A DNA stretch of 64,000 nucleotides from TPA_inf: Saccharomyces (Eukaryota). Location: positions 498,644-562,643 of the forward strand of contig BK006934.2 in NCBI GenBank assembly GCA_000146045.2, given 5' to 3'. The notes under the pieces were generated by a model. It ran no database searches, was not told where the DNA came from, and saw only the letters and a list, made by a program, of their open reading frames with translations. How positions within the stretch are numbered: the stretch's first letter is position 1; each line of letters starts with the position of its first letter. This document shows, piece by piece, positions 13,195 through 26,748 of this stretch. Position numbers and translations under genes: made by a program.

Positions 13195-14088
13195 TTTCTC
13201 AATCGCTCCTCTTGCCCTTCCTCTTCTTTTCCTTTTCTTTTTATTTTTTTCTAATTTTTCTATCTTTTATTTCTACTTCTATTATTAATTTGTATCTTCT
13301 AATCGTTTTTCCCACTTTATCGAAACATTTCTTCTATTTATATATGTAAAGTATGTATGTATTTTCGTTTTATTTAAACTCCAAAAAATGAATAATTGTT
13401 CCTGCAAATTTCTAGTTTATCACGTCTCATAATCACTGCTTATACCTCACCATTCCATTGTACTTTGACATATTTACCCCTCATCTATATATAATCAGGG
13501 CTTAAGTAAACGCTTCGCTGTGATTTCCCAAAGTCGGTTCGGAAATTATAGGTCGGTTATATCATCCGAAAAAAAAAAAAAAAAAGTTTTTCTTAAATGC
13601 ATAGGTTTAAAGTCGATTAAAAGTAGGGCTAACACAAGTATAAGCAGGGTTTTGCTATAATAGGGATGCCATAAGTGAGGGCAGGGCTCATCGATGCGCG
13701 TACATGGATTTTCCGAAATTCTGAATTTTTTCTTTCTTTAACTATGAGCAAAATGTGGTCAGCTTTACTGAGCTTAACTGTCATCCCATCGAATGTGACA
13801 AGATTGAAAGTGCTTCCAGGATCTGAAACATTTGTCAAAGTTTTACTAACATTACACAGATATCCCTGGTCACCTTACTATCTTCCAACATCTTACCTAG
13901 GCTTGCTGCTTTTGTTTGGGTCATATATTTAACTCGCTCATTAGAGGACATTCTGTTTTTTCCAAGACCAACAAAAAAGCAACGAAATTGCTGTATTATT
14001 AAAGGACTGTTATAGAAGTTTTTTTATCCTCTCTTTGTTTCCATTATTCTTATTCCTATTTTTTCGTTGCTTACTTTTGATATCCACT

Positions 14089-15957
14089 ATGAGCTTTTCC
14101 ACCATAAATAGCAACGTCAATAAAACCACCGGCGATAGCAATAATAACACCACCGAGAACAGTTCGACTGCAGACCTTTTAGGAATGGACTTGTTGCAGA
14201 GCGGGCCTCGACTGATGAACACGATGCAGCCAAACAACTCTTCTGACATGCTGCACATTAACAACAAGACTAATAACGTTCAACAACCAGCTGGAAACAC
14301 AAATATCAGCAGTGCTAATGCGGGAGCAAAGGCTCCAGCAAATGAGTTCGTAAGAAAACTGTTCAGGATACTGGAAAACAATGAATATCCTGACATTGTA
14401 ACTTGGACTGAGAACGGCAAAAGTTTCGTCGTTTTGGACACAGGAAAGTTCACTACGCATATATTGCCTAATCACTTCAAACATTCAAATTTTGCATCTT
14501 TTGTAAGGCAACTAAACAAGTATGACTTTCACAAGGTTAAGAGAAGTCCCGAGGAAAGACAGAGATGTAAATATGGCGAACAAAGTTGGGAGTTTCAGCA
14601 TCCAGAATTTAGAGTCCATTACGGAAAAGGTCTCGATAACATCAAAAGGAAAATTCCGGCGCAAAGGAAAGTGCTTTTGGATGAATCTCAAAAGGCTCTT
14701 TTGCATTTCAATAGTGAAGGCACTAACCCCAACAATCCTTCTGGGTCTCTTTTGAATGAATCCACCACAGAGCTGTTGTTAAGCAATACCGTAAGTAAAG
14801 ATGCATTTGGAAATCTAAGAAGGCGAGTAGACAAACTACAAAAGGAGTTGGATATGTCCAAAATGGAGAGTTATGCTACTAAAGTAGAACTACAAAAGTT
14901 GAACTCGAAATACAATACGGTTATCGAAAGTTTGATAACATTCAAGACCATAAATGAAAATTTACTCAACAACTTCAACACTCTGTGTTCCACTTTGGCA
15001 AATAATGGTATTGAAGTGCCAATATTTGGCGACAATGGAAACCGTAACCCAACTGGTAATACCAACCCAGCAACAACAACAGCTATCCAAAGCAACAACA
15101 ACACCAACAATGCTTCTCCGGCAACATCTACAGTTTCCTTACAACTACCTAATTTACCCGATCAGAATAGCCTAACACCAAATGCTCAAAATAACACAGT
15201 CACGCTACGAAAAGGTTTCCATGTACTGTTGGTGGAAGATGACGCAGTGTCTATACAGTTGTGTTCAAAATTTTTACGGAAATATGGCTGTACTGTCCAA
15301 GTTGTCAGCGACGGTCTTTCAGCTATCTCAACACTAGAGAAGTATAGGTATGATTTGGTTTTAATGGACATTGTTATGCCAAACCTAGATGGTGCCACAG
15401 CGACATCCATTGTCAGAAGTTTTGATAATGAGACTCCCATCATTGCCATGACAGGTAACATTATGAATCAAGACTTGATCACATACTTACAACATGGAAT
15501 GAATGATATCTTGGCCAAACCATTCACGAGGGATGATTTACACTCAATTTTAATACGTTATCTAAAGGACCGTATTCCTTTATGCGAACAGCAATTACCA
15601 CCTCGCAACTCTTCGCCACAAACTCATTCCAACACCAATACTGCTAATTCGAATCCTAATACGATTAATGAACAGTCGTTAGCCATGTTACCACAAGATA
15701 ATCCGTCAACTACTACCCCTGTTACCCCAGGTGCCTCTATATCTTCTGCACAGCATGTTCAACAAGGTCAACAAGAACAGCAGCATCAAATTTTCCATGC
15801 TCAGCAGCAGCAGCAGCATCACAACGCCATTGCTAATGCTAGGTCAGACGTAGCCATACCGAATTTGGAACATGAAATCAACACTGTACCACATTCCTCA
15901 ATGGGTTCCACTCCGCAATTACCACAATCTACACTTCAAGAAAACCAGCTATCATAA
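14089..15957 (+). CDS. SKN7: Skn7 response-regulator transcription factor, with an HSF-type DNA-binding domain and a receiver domain (YHR206W)
   Basis: The ORF track extends upstream to 14035 on an alternative start. The true ATG at 14089 gives 622 aa beginning MSFSTINSNVNK. HSF-like DNA-binding domain, coiled coil, and receiver domain (LLVEDD...LMDIVMP). Confidence 0.9.
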   Translation: MSFSTINSNVNKTTGDSNNNTTENSSTADLLGMDLLQSGPRLMNTMQPNNSSDMLHINNKTNNVQQPAGNTNISSANAGAKAPANEFVRKLFRILENNEYPDIVTWTENGKSFVVLDTGKFTTHILPNHFKHSNFASFVRQLNKYDFHKVKRSPEERQRCKYGEQSWEFQHPEFRVHYGKGLDNIKRKIPAQRKVLLDESQKALLHFNSEGTNPNNPSGSLLNESTTELLLSNTVSKDAFGNLRRRVDKLQKELDMSKMESYATKVELQKLNSKYNTVIESLITFKTINENLLNNFNTLCSTLANNGIEVPIFGDNGNRNPTGNTNPATTTAIQSNNNTNNASPATSTVSLQLPNLPDQNSLTPNAQNNTVTLRKGFHVLLVEDDAVSIQLCSKFLRKYGCTVQVVSDGLSAISTLEKYRYDLVLMDIVMPNLDGATATSIVRSFDNETPIIAMTGNIMNQDLITYLQHGMNDILAKPFTRDDLHSILIRYLKDRIPLCEQQLPPRNSSPQTHSNTNTANSNPNTINEQSLAMLPQDNPSTTTPVTPGASISSAQHVQQGQQEQQHQIFHAQQQQQHHNAIANARSDVAIPNLEHEINTVPHSSMGSTPQLPQSTLQENQLS

Positions 15958-16180
15958 AATTTTACAAATAGCCTTGCGTCTAAGTTAGCAGAGGACATTC
16001 TGTATTCCTGAGGAGTTTCTTTATATTTATTATGTGATCTTGGAGGATTATCATTTTCTTTTCGTTCAATATTTTATCCCCTTCAGTTATTTCCAGTTAT
16101 CTACATCAAAATGTTTGAATTTTATTTCTTTCTGCCGCTCTCAAATTCACTCTCATTTCTTTTTTCTTTGTTTTTCTTAT

Positions 16181-16183
16181 ATT

Positions 16184-16216
<33 letters not shown>
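16181..16216. repeat. (TA)n microsatellite of about 18 units
   Basis: Dinucleotide repeat in the intergenic region between the convergent SKN7 and SET5 3' ends. Confidence 0.9.
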
Positions 16217-16217
<1 letters not shown>

Positions 16218-16261
16218 CCAAAAACAATAACAGACACAGTAATTTAGTATGCGTTTATCTC

Positions 16262-17842
16262 TTATCTTTCATCCACTGCGACCGAAACGTTTGAATCGAA
16301 TCTGACTGAGGTTTTTCTTACATTCCCTTGTGTATCAACAGTTTCTGGTATGTCTAATTCAAATTCTTTTCCATTCTTCAGTATTTCTTTTAAATCTGGC
16401 TGGGCCTCTCTCATGGAAGATTTACGATTACCAGTTGATTTCTTAGAGCCATCTTCACTACTATCATTGGAATCTATTTTTTCTACTCCTAAATTAGCAT
16501 CCGCATTCTTTTTCTCTAGATTTGGAACTCTTTCAAATGTAGATAGTTCATTTTGACAGCGGTCACACTGGCATAAGAAGCCCCAGTTAACTCTTAATTC
16601 CCTACGCCTCAACCTCACCCCATGTAAGGGATTGACGTACGTAATACGTATTTGTTCCCCCTTCTTTATTGGTTTCCTTGCATGCAACCTCAGTTCCTCA
16701 TGTTCTTCTACTTGCTCAATATAGGCGTTTGGTTCACAATCATGGTTTATGAAGGAGATCCAATGATATACCTGGCCGTTATATTGATTGATATTGAACG
16801 TCCCGATCATGGTCAAAAATTTCTCGAAATCTATTTCTTCAGAAGCTTTTGGAAATGCACCGCAAAATAATTCGTAGCACTTCTCCCAAACAGTCTCGTC
16901 ATCAATATTCTTCTCAACGCCCTTTTTGGTACCATTATCAGATTCCTCTTCAGTATGTACAGTTGTACCATTCAGTAAACTAAACGTACTGCCGATACCG
17001 CTGGCGTCTCTTAATTTAATTCTTTCCCTTTGTGAGATGCTTGCCAATTTTTGCCATTGCTCTTTGACCTCTCCTGTAGTATCCAAAAGCATGGATCCAT
17101 ATATAAGACCAACTGAAAAGGCAGCGGTAAAACAATATTTCTCACAGTAGTTAACAAATCTTTTCCAATTACCAGCATGAAGAATGTCTATTCTATTCGA
17201 TCTCCATGAGTGGTATAAAAGCTCATGTAACGACGCATGTGCTTTTTTACATTTTTCACTGCACCAAATAGCTTTGCAAACTTCACAATCCAAATAATGG
17301 ACCATAATTTTGTGCTGGGTCAAATCATATAGCGCCTTACCACATCGAGCACATGCCTTTCCATTAGATATTAAAAAAAGCTTGTCCAGTGGTGGAATAT
17401 ATACGATAGGTTTATTTTCTTTCAGGATGATTTGGCCCTTGGAAAAATCTCTTTTAGCGAAAAGGCCCCTTCCATGTTCGTCATCAATAAATTTCACTTC
17501 GACCTTAGCATCAGAATCTAGGGCTTTTGGAAAATGTATTTTATCTTTATATAGAGAAACGGTCTCTAGATCTGTGTCATAAAGATGGTGCTCATTTAGA
17601 ATTTTTCGAAAACGAGAAGCACTCAATTTCCACGATTGATTTCTTTCCGTAATCCTGTCATAAAGATGCTGAATCGTAGCGTCTTCAGTTCCGGGCTCTT
17701 CCTTCCATAACAAAACTACGTCATCACAGATCTCTTCCTCTGTGGGAGTTATCTTTCGAAAATCAGAGCCATTTTCTGTACCATTATGCACTGCAGATTG
17801 ATCGCTATCGTTTAAGGTTCCTATTTTGATAGTCAATGTCAT
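16262..17842 (-). CDS. SET5: Set5, a SET-domain lysine methyltransferase (YHR207C)
   Basis: 526 aa beginning [15 protein letters not shown] Cys-rich zinc-finger insert lies inside a split SET domain. Confidence 0.88.
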
Positions 17843-18717
17843 TTTTGTGCCACTTTTCGTTATTTTGTATCAGTGCACGCTTGGTTATTTACCTATTTAG
17901 CTTCTATTGTTATATGGAGAAGTTCCCCATGATTATGATATCAAGAAAGAAAAAGAAAAAGAAAAATAATACGAAAAAAAAAATTACGAAGCTAAAATAA
18001 AAAAAATTACGGCAAGGAAAGGGTTTACTGATAAAATTTGTTATCATTCTTGCTAGTCAGTAAGAGCATATCTGCTCAAGTAGACAAGGGAAACTATCGC
18101 AGGTGGTCCGGAAAGTACTTGACAATCAAATGCTCGTCTGAAAGCCAATGAGGAAAACTTGTAGACTGTACTAATTTTTCAAGAGAAAGAAAGATACCGT
18201 ATGTTTGACTATTCTAACGAGATTTATGCTACAAACTCCTCGAGAAGCAAACTGAGGTAGAATTACCCACCCACAGCGCGATAAGTCACATTGGCGCCCT
18301 GGACTTGACGAATACTCCTATCAATAGTAAGGCTCGCAAACCGCCCGTCCATATCAAGCCATTAAATTCTGTTATTATCCTTAAAAGTGAAATGCGCACC
18401 ACAAGCTTGATGGCATTTCCTTCTGCACTTCTCAAATTGATAGCATTGCCTTGCGAGCAGTAGATAATTTAGATAAAGTGTATCTTGCCAGGGCCTTCCC
18501 AGGCATTAACTAGATAATGTGTTCTTTTTTAGCTGAACTGTAAAGCGTAAATGTTAACGCTGGATAAGTACCGCGTGTACGGTTGATTGAATGATCTTAC
18601 TGATAGAGGCCAGGCGGTTGATACTTTGTGCAGATTTCATACCGGCTGTCGCTATTATTACTGATGAATTGGCTCTCTTTTTGTTTAATGGCCCATCCGA
18701 TCCATATTGCCTTCTTA

Positions 18718-18724
18718 TGACTCA
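18718..18724 (+). promoter_or_regulatory. Gcn4 response element TGACTCA
   Basis: A perfect GCRE (ATGACTCAA) about 165 bp upstream of the BAT1 ATG. Confidence 0.5.
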
Positions 18725-18740
18725 AAATTCTATTGTGTTT

Positions 18741-18752
18741 GCCGGTACCGGC
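18741..18752 (+). promoter_or_regulatory. Leu3 binding site (UAS-LEU) GCCGGTACCGGC
   Basis: A palindromic CCGG-N2-CCGG with the canonical GTAC centre, about 140 bp upstream of BAT1. This is the known Leu3 consensus. Confidence 0.6.
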
Positions 18753-18888
18753 CTTTAAGCTTTGAAAAAAAAAAAGCATCTGAAAAAAATGGCACTATAA
18801 AGAGAGCTAGTGGTAACAACTACATGTTTTCGTTAGAATAAATCACCCTATAAACGCAAAATCAGCTAGAACCTTAGCATACTAAAAC

Positions 18889-20070
18889 ATGTTGCAGAGA
18901 CATTCCTTGAAGTTGGGGAAATTCTCCATCAGAACACTCGCTACTGGTGCCCCATTAGATGCATCCAAACTAAAAATTACTAGAAACCCAAATCCATCCA
19001 AGCCAAGACCAAATGAAGAATTAGTGTTCGGCCAGACATTCACCGATCATATGTTGACCATTCCTTGGTCAGCCAAAGAAGGGTGGGGCACTCCACACAT
19101 CAAGCCTTACGGTAATCTTTCTCTTGACCCATCTGCTTGTGTATTCCATTATGCATTTGAATTATTTGAAGGTTTGAAAGCCTACAGAACTCCTCAAAAT
19201 ACTATCACCATGTTCCGTCCGGATAAGAACATGGCCCGTATGAACAAGTCTGCCGCTAGAATTTGTTTGCCAACTTTCGAATCTGAAGAATTGATCAAAC
19301 TTACCGGGAAATTGATCGAACAAGATAAACACTTGGTTCCTCAAGGTAATGGTTACTCATTATACATCAGACCAACAATGATTGGTACATCCAAGGGTTT
19401 AGGTGTTGGCACTCCCTCCGAGGCTCTTCTTTATGTTATTACTTCTCCAGTCGGTCCTTATTATAAGACTGGTTTCAAAGCCGTACGTCTTGAAGCAACA
19501 GACTATGCTACAAGAGCTTGGCCAGGTGGTGTTGGCGACAAAAAATTGGGTGCTAACTATGCCCCATGCATCTTACCTCAACTACAAGCTGCCAAAAGAG
19601 GGTACCAACAAAATCTATGGTTGTTCGGCCCAGAAAAGAACATCACTGAGGTTGGTACTATGAACGTGTTCTTCGTTTTCCTCAACAAAGTCACTGGCAA
19701 GAAGGAATTGGTTACCGCTCCATTAGATGGTACCATTTTAGAAGGTGTTACCAGAGACTCTGTTTTAACATTGGCTCGTGACAAACTAGATCCTCAAGAA
19801 TGGGACATCAACGAGCGTTATTACACTATTACTGAAGTCGCCACTAGAGCAAAACAAGGTGAACTATTAGAAGCCTTCGGTTCTGGTACTGCTGCTGTCG
19901 TTTCACCTATCAAGGAAATTGGCTGGAACAACGAAGATATTCATGTTCCACTATTGCCTGGTGAACAATGTGGTGCATTGACCAAGCAAGTTGCTCAATG
20001 GATTGCTGATATCCAATACGGTAGAGTCAATTATGGTAACTGGTCAAAAACTGTTGCCGACTTGAACTAA
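18889..20070 (+). CDS. BAT1: Bat1, the mitochondrial branched-chain amino-acid aminotransferase (YHR208W)
   Basis: 393 aa beginning MLQRHSLKLGKFSIRTLATGAP, which reads as a mitochondrial presequence. PLP fold type IV aminotransferase. Confidence 0.92.
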   Translation: MLQRHSLKLGKFSIRTLATGAPLDASKLKITRNPNPSKPRPNEELVFGQTFTDHMLTIPWSAKEGWGTPHIKPYGNLSLDPSACVFHYAFELFEGLKAYRTPQNTITMFRPDKNMARMNKSAARICLPTFESEELIKLTGKLIEQDKHLVPQGNGYSLYIRPTMIGTSKGLGVGTPSEALLYVITSPVGPYYKTGFKAVRLEATDYATRAWPGGVGDKKLGANYAPCILPQLQAAKRGYQQNLWLFGPEKNITEVGTMNVFFVFLNKVTGKKELVTAPLDGTILEGVTRDSVLTLARDKLDPQEWDINERYYTITEVATRAKQGELLEAFGSGTAAVVSPIKEIGWNNEDIHVPLLPGEQCGALTKQVAQWIADIQYGRVNYGNWSKTVADLN

Positions 20071-20793
20071 TGATAATGAAGGTAAACATCCCCTCCCCCC
20101 CCAAAAAAAAAAAACGAGAATTCCTCTCAGAGGATCTGTTTTTCTCTCACTTTATTCACATAGATACATACTTTTTTACAATTCCTGTTGAGTTTATTTA
20201 TTATAAGAAATATTGGATTACTATTATTATTATAGCTTATGCAAGCCATTGTGCGGCTTCTTACGCTTTTTGAAATTGTTGACCTAACAACTTGGCACAT
20301 TATTGAATTTCATAGAGACTGCTTGTAATTTAGTTGCCAAGGTATCTCGCTGGACTTTACATGTAAAATGAATGCGGCAAGATACCCAAGAGAGTTGATT
20401 ATGCCAAAAAAAAAAAATCTATAAGGATATCCCTGGTATTTTCTGAAGAATAAATTCTAGCGTAGTTCAGAAGAGGTGCAAGTACAGTATGAATAATGGT
20501 ATGCCTTCCATCATCGTGGCATACAGGTTCAGGCATGAAGAGATGATTATGTTCCCTCACCGGTCCATAATCCTGATTTAAACAGTTCATTAGTATATGT
20601 TCAGCCAACACAACAACGAGAAGCTTTGTAGTGAAAGTTTTCCACGATCTATATTTAGCATTCTAATTAGCGGCCCCAAGGGAACGTATATAAACATAAA
20701 CAAACGGCACGAACTAAAGGGGCAAATTCAAGTTAACCCTTTTACACTCAGTACATCTTCAAAGCCAGTCTTCTGTCAATGGAAGAATCCAGA

Positions 20794-21669
20794 ATGCCTA
20801 AAACTAGTTATTTAAACAAAAATTTTGAATCTGCTCACTATAATAACGTACGTCCCTCTTACCCTTTATCTTTAGTCAATGAGATAATGAAATTTCACAA
20901 AGGCACACGCAAAAGTTTGGTTGATATTGGATGTGGCACAGGAAAAGCAACTTTTGTCGTTGAACCCTATTTTAAGGAAGTGATTGGGATTGATCCTTCT
21001 TCTGCTATGCTTTCGATTGCTGAGAAAGAAACAAATGAACGTAGATTAGATAAAAAGATTAGATTTATTAATGCGCCTGGTGAAGATTTATCCAGCATTC
21101 GACCAGAAAGTGTAGATATGGTTATTTCAGCAGAAGCCATCCATTGGTGCAATTTAGAAAGGCTGTTTCAGCAGGTTTCCTCTATATTACGAAGTGATGG
21201 AACTTTTGCATTCTGGTTTTATATTCAGCCGGAATTTGTGGACTTTCCCGAAGCCTTGAATGTATATTACAAATATGGATGGAGCAAGGATTATATGGGT
21301 AAATATCTGAACGACAACCAACGGGAAATTTTGTTGAATTACGGTGGTGAAAAGCTACGTTCTTTATTGTCAGATCGATTTGGAGATATTGAAGTCACAA
21401 TTTACAGTCCTTCGGACCCAAATGCATCAACAGTAACGGCTGAAAACAGTCAGTTTCTCTGGAGAGCAGCTATTACTCTCAATCAATTTAAAGAGTTTGT
21501 GAAAAGCTGGAGCATATACACTTCTTGGGCTAGAGATAATCCCTCGAAACCGGATATTGCCGATATATTCATTAACGAGCTCAAAGAAATCTGTCATTGT
21601 GAAGATTTGAATGTACCTTTAAAAATAGAGTGGTCAACGTTTTATTACTTATGTAGGAAAAGAGAATGA
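20794..21669 (+). CDS. CRG1: Crg1, a SAM-dependent methyltransferase (YHR209W)
   Basis: ATG at 20794 gives 291 aa beginning MPKTSYLNKNF; an in-frame ATG five codons upstream at 20779 is the alternative. SAM-binding motif VDIGCGTG. Confidence 0.85.
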   Translation: MPKTSYLNKNFESAHYNNVRPSYPLSLVNEIMKFHKGTRKSLVDIGCGTGKATFVVEPYFKEVIGIDPSSAMLSIAEKETNERRLDKKIRFINAPGEDLSSIRPESVDMVISAEAIHWCNLERLFQQVSSILRSDGTFAFWFYIQPEFVDFPEALNVYYKYGWSKDYMGKYLNDNQREILLNYGGEKLRSLLSDRFGDIEVTIYSPSDPNASTVTAENSQFLWRAAITLNQFKEFVKSWSIYTSWARDNPSKPDIADIFINELKEICHCEDLNVPLKIEWSTFYYLCRKRE

Positions 21670-22068
21670 GGTTTACTAAATTAAAAGAAATATATAAAAA
21701 GCTGATTTTTTTCTTTTTTTAAATATTTCCCAAATGCTAATAAATATTAAAATATGGCAAAAAGAAAATAAGGTGTTGTTGCGCAGTTGGGAGTAATTTA
21801 AAACCGTCAACATATGCTCTAAAAATTTTATTGGCTCTAAATTCCGACCTCTGAATGTAATTATGTTTTAAAGCGATACGTAAACTTGTTACTGTTAACA
21901 TTAAAAGATAATGCAATCATGGTAACATAATAAAGTCTCAAAAAATTCTTAATATTAACTATAACATATGCACTTCAGAAAGCTGTTTCCGGATCATATC
22001 TCATTATAAAAAGCTCAATTTATAGAAAAATAATGCGACAGTGCAAAGTAAACAACTAAATTTGGTGC

Positions 22069-23121
<1,053 letters not shown>

Positions 23122-26054
23122 TTACTTATTGCAGTAACATAATGTACAATTGAGTTCCAGTACTTCGTAGTACATTCTGATTTTATATCTCAGAGCATCC
23201 AAGGTGTTTACGCATGAATAACCAAACCATGGAGGAGTTACTTTTACCTTTTTTTAAGATATTCAGCTAGTAACTAATTGTCGGAAAAACTTAACAGGTA
23301 CAAGGCCATATTATCACGTAACAAACCTAATTTTTGTACGATATTAGTGCCCGAGAATTTCTCCGTAGCGTAATTTTCTGCGAGAATTTCTGCGCAGTGC
23401 AAAGATATGCGACCTGACACTCTTTACGAAACTTTACCCCTCCCCCACCTCCACCTGCATTTATCCCGTCAAAAAGTGTCAATCACCTGGATGCATAAGG
23501 AGGAAAAATTATTCCAAGGATGTTGGACAACGCGAATTTTGGAAGTGACTTCTCATAAGCTTCTGATCTCTACTATATTCTTGTAATTTGGTGGGGTAGT
23601 GCAGGCTTACTGTGCGATGAGCAAATCCAGCGTATTGCTCACAGCGATAGGCCTTTGAAATGATATTGTTTGAATGCAAAACGCAGAAATGATATTCAAC
23701 TTCATAATCTCATTAAACAAGATAGCATGCCAATAGAATTCCATTTTTTCCGATTCTTAGGCCATTTACAACCAAGTATCAACTTTCGTATAATTTTATT
23801 TCCATAATTATACGCAAATGCTGCAGTAGTTGCACATAGAATGATGATACGACCTAATAAAGGAAAAGGGGAATCTGTTCTGAGCTGAAAACTGATTCAA
23901 AACTCAATTTGGACACTCGGTTCGGGTGCTGGCCAGCAATAGTTTAGTGTTATCATGTCATAATCTTCCTCATAGGTTTCAATGTAATATCGATAATTAC
24001 AAAGTAGTTCCTTTTCATTTAAATTTATATGCAAGAAGATAAGAGTTGATGTAGCAGTGCACCAGTTTTGCTTTACAATTCTTACAGTTTTATGAAAAAT
24101 AATCTCCAATATGCCATGCTGAACTGGCATTCTTTTTGAGTGCAAAAGGAGGTTTTGGAAAAACAAAGTCTTCTTCTGCGTGTTACTCTGAAAATGTTGA
24201 AAAATAAGCTGAATGGGGCATTACATGTTTTCATCCAAACATGCCTTGTCAATAACGAGATTCGCGACGTATTCTTTTAGTATTCTGTTCCTTTTTTTTT
24301 TTGCTCCGCGCGCACTTGAACATCTTGCATATTTTTCTTTTCTGTTTTCATCCAGAGGTTGTGTTCTAGGACTTTCTGACGGAGGAATATCATCAAATCA
24401 TCACAATAAGATCAATTGCATGGGTTCCAGCACTTAGCCAAATGTACAAATCTTGATATTTACCGGAGACCAACCCTTAGTTTGAAGTGTGCGCTACCAG
24501 GGAATCTTCTTCGGTCATTATTTTCTATCTTCACGATAATCGATCCTCCTCCTATACGTTAATATCGACTGATATCTAAATACATCGTTGAAGAACGGCG
24601 GAAAAATACTTATTTTCAGGTTGTCTTCGTTTTCACTCACGATAGCAATATGGATCCTTTCACAGCTCCTATCACCGCTGTAGTTTTTTATGACGCTTAA
24701 TTTCCTGTTAATAAGTAAATAAGGTAAGTTGAAGGTCCTTCATACTGTGATCTGCAATAAACCACATGGCTACCGCACTTCTTGTCACTATCCTATGTGG
24801 AGAAAACCCAGAAAAAACTTTAAAGCGTGATTGAAATCAATAATTTGGCAAAGAACTAGAACCATACGCAAGAAAACCTTCCAACTTTGGCATTGTACGC
24901 AGAAATGAGACACGTTCAAAGCACAGGTCTTGAAATTTAAAAAAGTTTCTCAAAAGTTCTCCCAAACCTTCAATTTCTATTGGTATAACAGTATTCTAGG
25001 AAGAAAACAGGCGAAGAAAGTTTCTTTACTTTCTTCCTTTAATAGACTTTCATGAATATCAAATGCTGTTGTTTTCAACTAAATCAGACAAGCAAAGGCG
25101 ATTGCTAAAAGTGAACATATGGAAAATATATGGAAAAAATCTAGAGGCAACAAACGTTCGGGTTTCCTTTTAACTCCGAGAAAGAAAAATCATTAGAACT
25201 TCGTGTTAATCCTAATAGAGTTCAAATATGCTACTAGTCGTCAGAAACCTCAGTTACATGATTACACATTCTAAGACTTCACAAGTGAAAAATTTCCCGA
25301 CGTTCATAGCATGTTACGTGATCGCGCAGGATGGGACAATTAAACGATCTTTGCAGTGGAGAAGGAATAACTTCCGGTTGCAGCTACTTGTCAAACAGAA
25401 CACTGGTATGGATAAGATAATAGTCAGATCTTTTATTACTTATGAAACAATGTCAGTAACACAGCGTGTTTAACAGATAATGTTCTTTTAACAAAATTAA
25501 ATGAGGTCTTTTATTGTGTGTGTCAAGTTGACAAGCCGCCTTTATTGATAGATCCCCACTAAAAATACCAGGAAATGATGAGCTCGAGTCTTTGTGCCTT
25601 TCTCATCATGGACCATTCGCACATGCAGTGCTGCACAACAAAAGATAAATCACCAGTATTAGGTGACTTTCAAAACACTAGAATTTAGGCACTTTCAACC
25701 CAGCCCAGCGCGTAGTAAGAATAAAGTAGGGGAAAACCTTACGAAAAGCCTCTTTCTTTTTTGTAAAAAATTCTGTTTTTAATAGCCAGTTCTTTAGTGA
25801 TTACAGGTAAGAGGGTTTCATATTTTAGAAGTGCAGCCATGATGAAGCACTTTTGCTCATTTATTGCGAGAAGTTTAATAAGTAGTATGGTTCCATTTTC
25901 AAGAATCGAGGCACTGTTCCTTCCCAACCTTGGAATCATACTCCGAAAGGATTTCAAGCCGATTTAAATTCACCTGGTAACTTTCCTACGGTTTGGCCCA
26001 AGGTGATTATAATTAACTTGCGGCTTGTTTTCAGCCTGCGATCGAACCTTTTTT

Positions 26055-26295
26055 ACGCAAAAAAACCTTATTAATTAAGGTTTTGAAAATTTTCTTCTTT
26101 CCGGGAGATTTTCATGTAGCCTCGAGCTTCTGGATTCTCACGGGATTATCTCGCGTTACATTTTTTACTTTCTTCTTTCTTTTTGACTTAGGATATACAG
26201 ATGATACGTCATTGTGTCATAAAACCCGCTGTTGTGCAACAAAAGGGAAAAAGAAAAATACTCCTTTTTAGGTCTTATAAATATTTTTAGCAGCC
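26055..26295 (+). promoter_or_regulatory. Conserved flocculin upstream block, copy A, at -695 to -455 of FLO5
   Basis: A ~220-bp block (AAAACCTTATTA...TTTCTTCTTTCCGGGAGATT...TACTCCTTTTTAGGTCTTATAAATATTTTT) with about 70-75% identical copies at 32980-33200 and 39335-39595. Confidence 0.55.
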
Positions 26296-26748
26296 ATCAA
26301 GTCCGGCTTTCAAACTTAATTTCACCCTTTTTCACGGCACCCTCGAGAATTACACTTTGGTTGCATGCAGGAGTACGCGAAATGCAGCATAAGCTACACA
26401 TCTATGCGTAGATCGCTTAACCTCTAAAGGCCGTAAACTTTTATTTTGTTTTGCGCTCATTAAAACCTAGTGGGAGCTGGTAGGAAATAAGCTAGTAGCT
26501 TCTATGGATAGAATGGAAATAAACGTAGGTGTAAACACTATTGGTAGAGAAGTTCCTCTGGTCAAATTTTCATGGGAGATACGTTAAATCTTTCACAGTC
26601 TTATCGTTTTGAATCACTGGACGGTTCTGGTATTCTGCTTCATATTTCGACAAGATAATAAATATAAAAAGAGCACCCTCATGATTTCTTGCTCTGCAGT
26701 AAATTCCGCAAATGATTTTCTTTAAATTGATTAGCACCACTAAAAAAA

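Noticed and set aside
14035-14088. N-terminal extensions proposed by the ORF track for SKN7 (14035), CRG1 (20779), IMD2 (55720, GTG), PPX1 (2512, non-ATG) and YHR210C (23100).
   Set aside because: The track allows alternative start codons. The downstream ATGs reproduce the protein N-termini and lengths I know (622, 291, 523, 397 and 341 aa).
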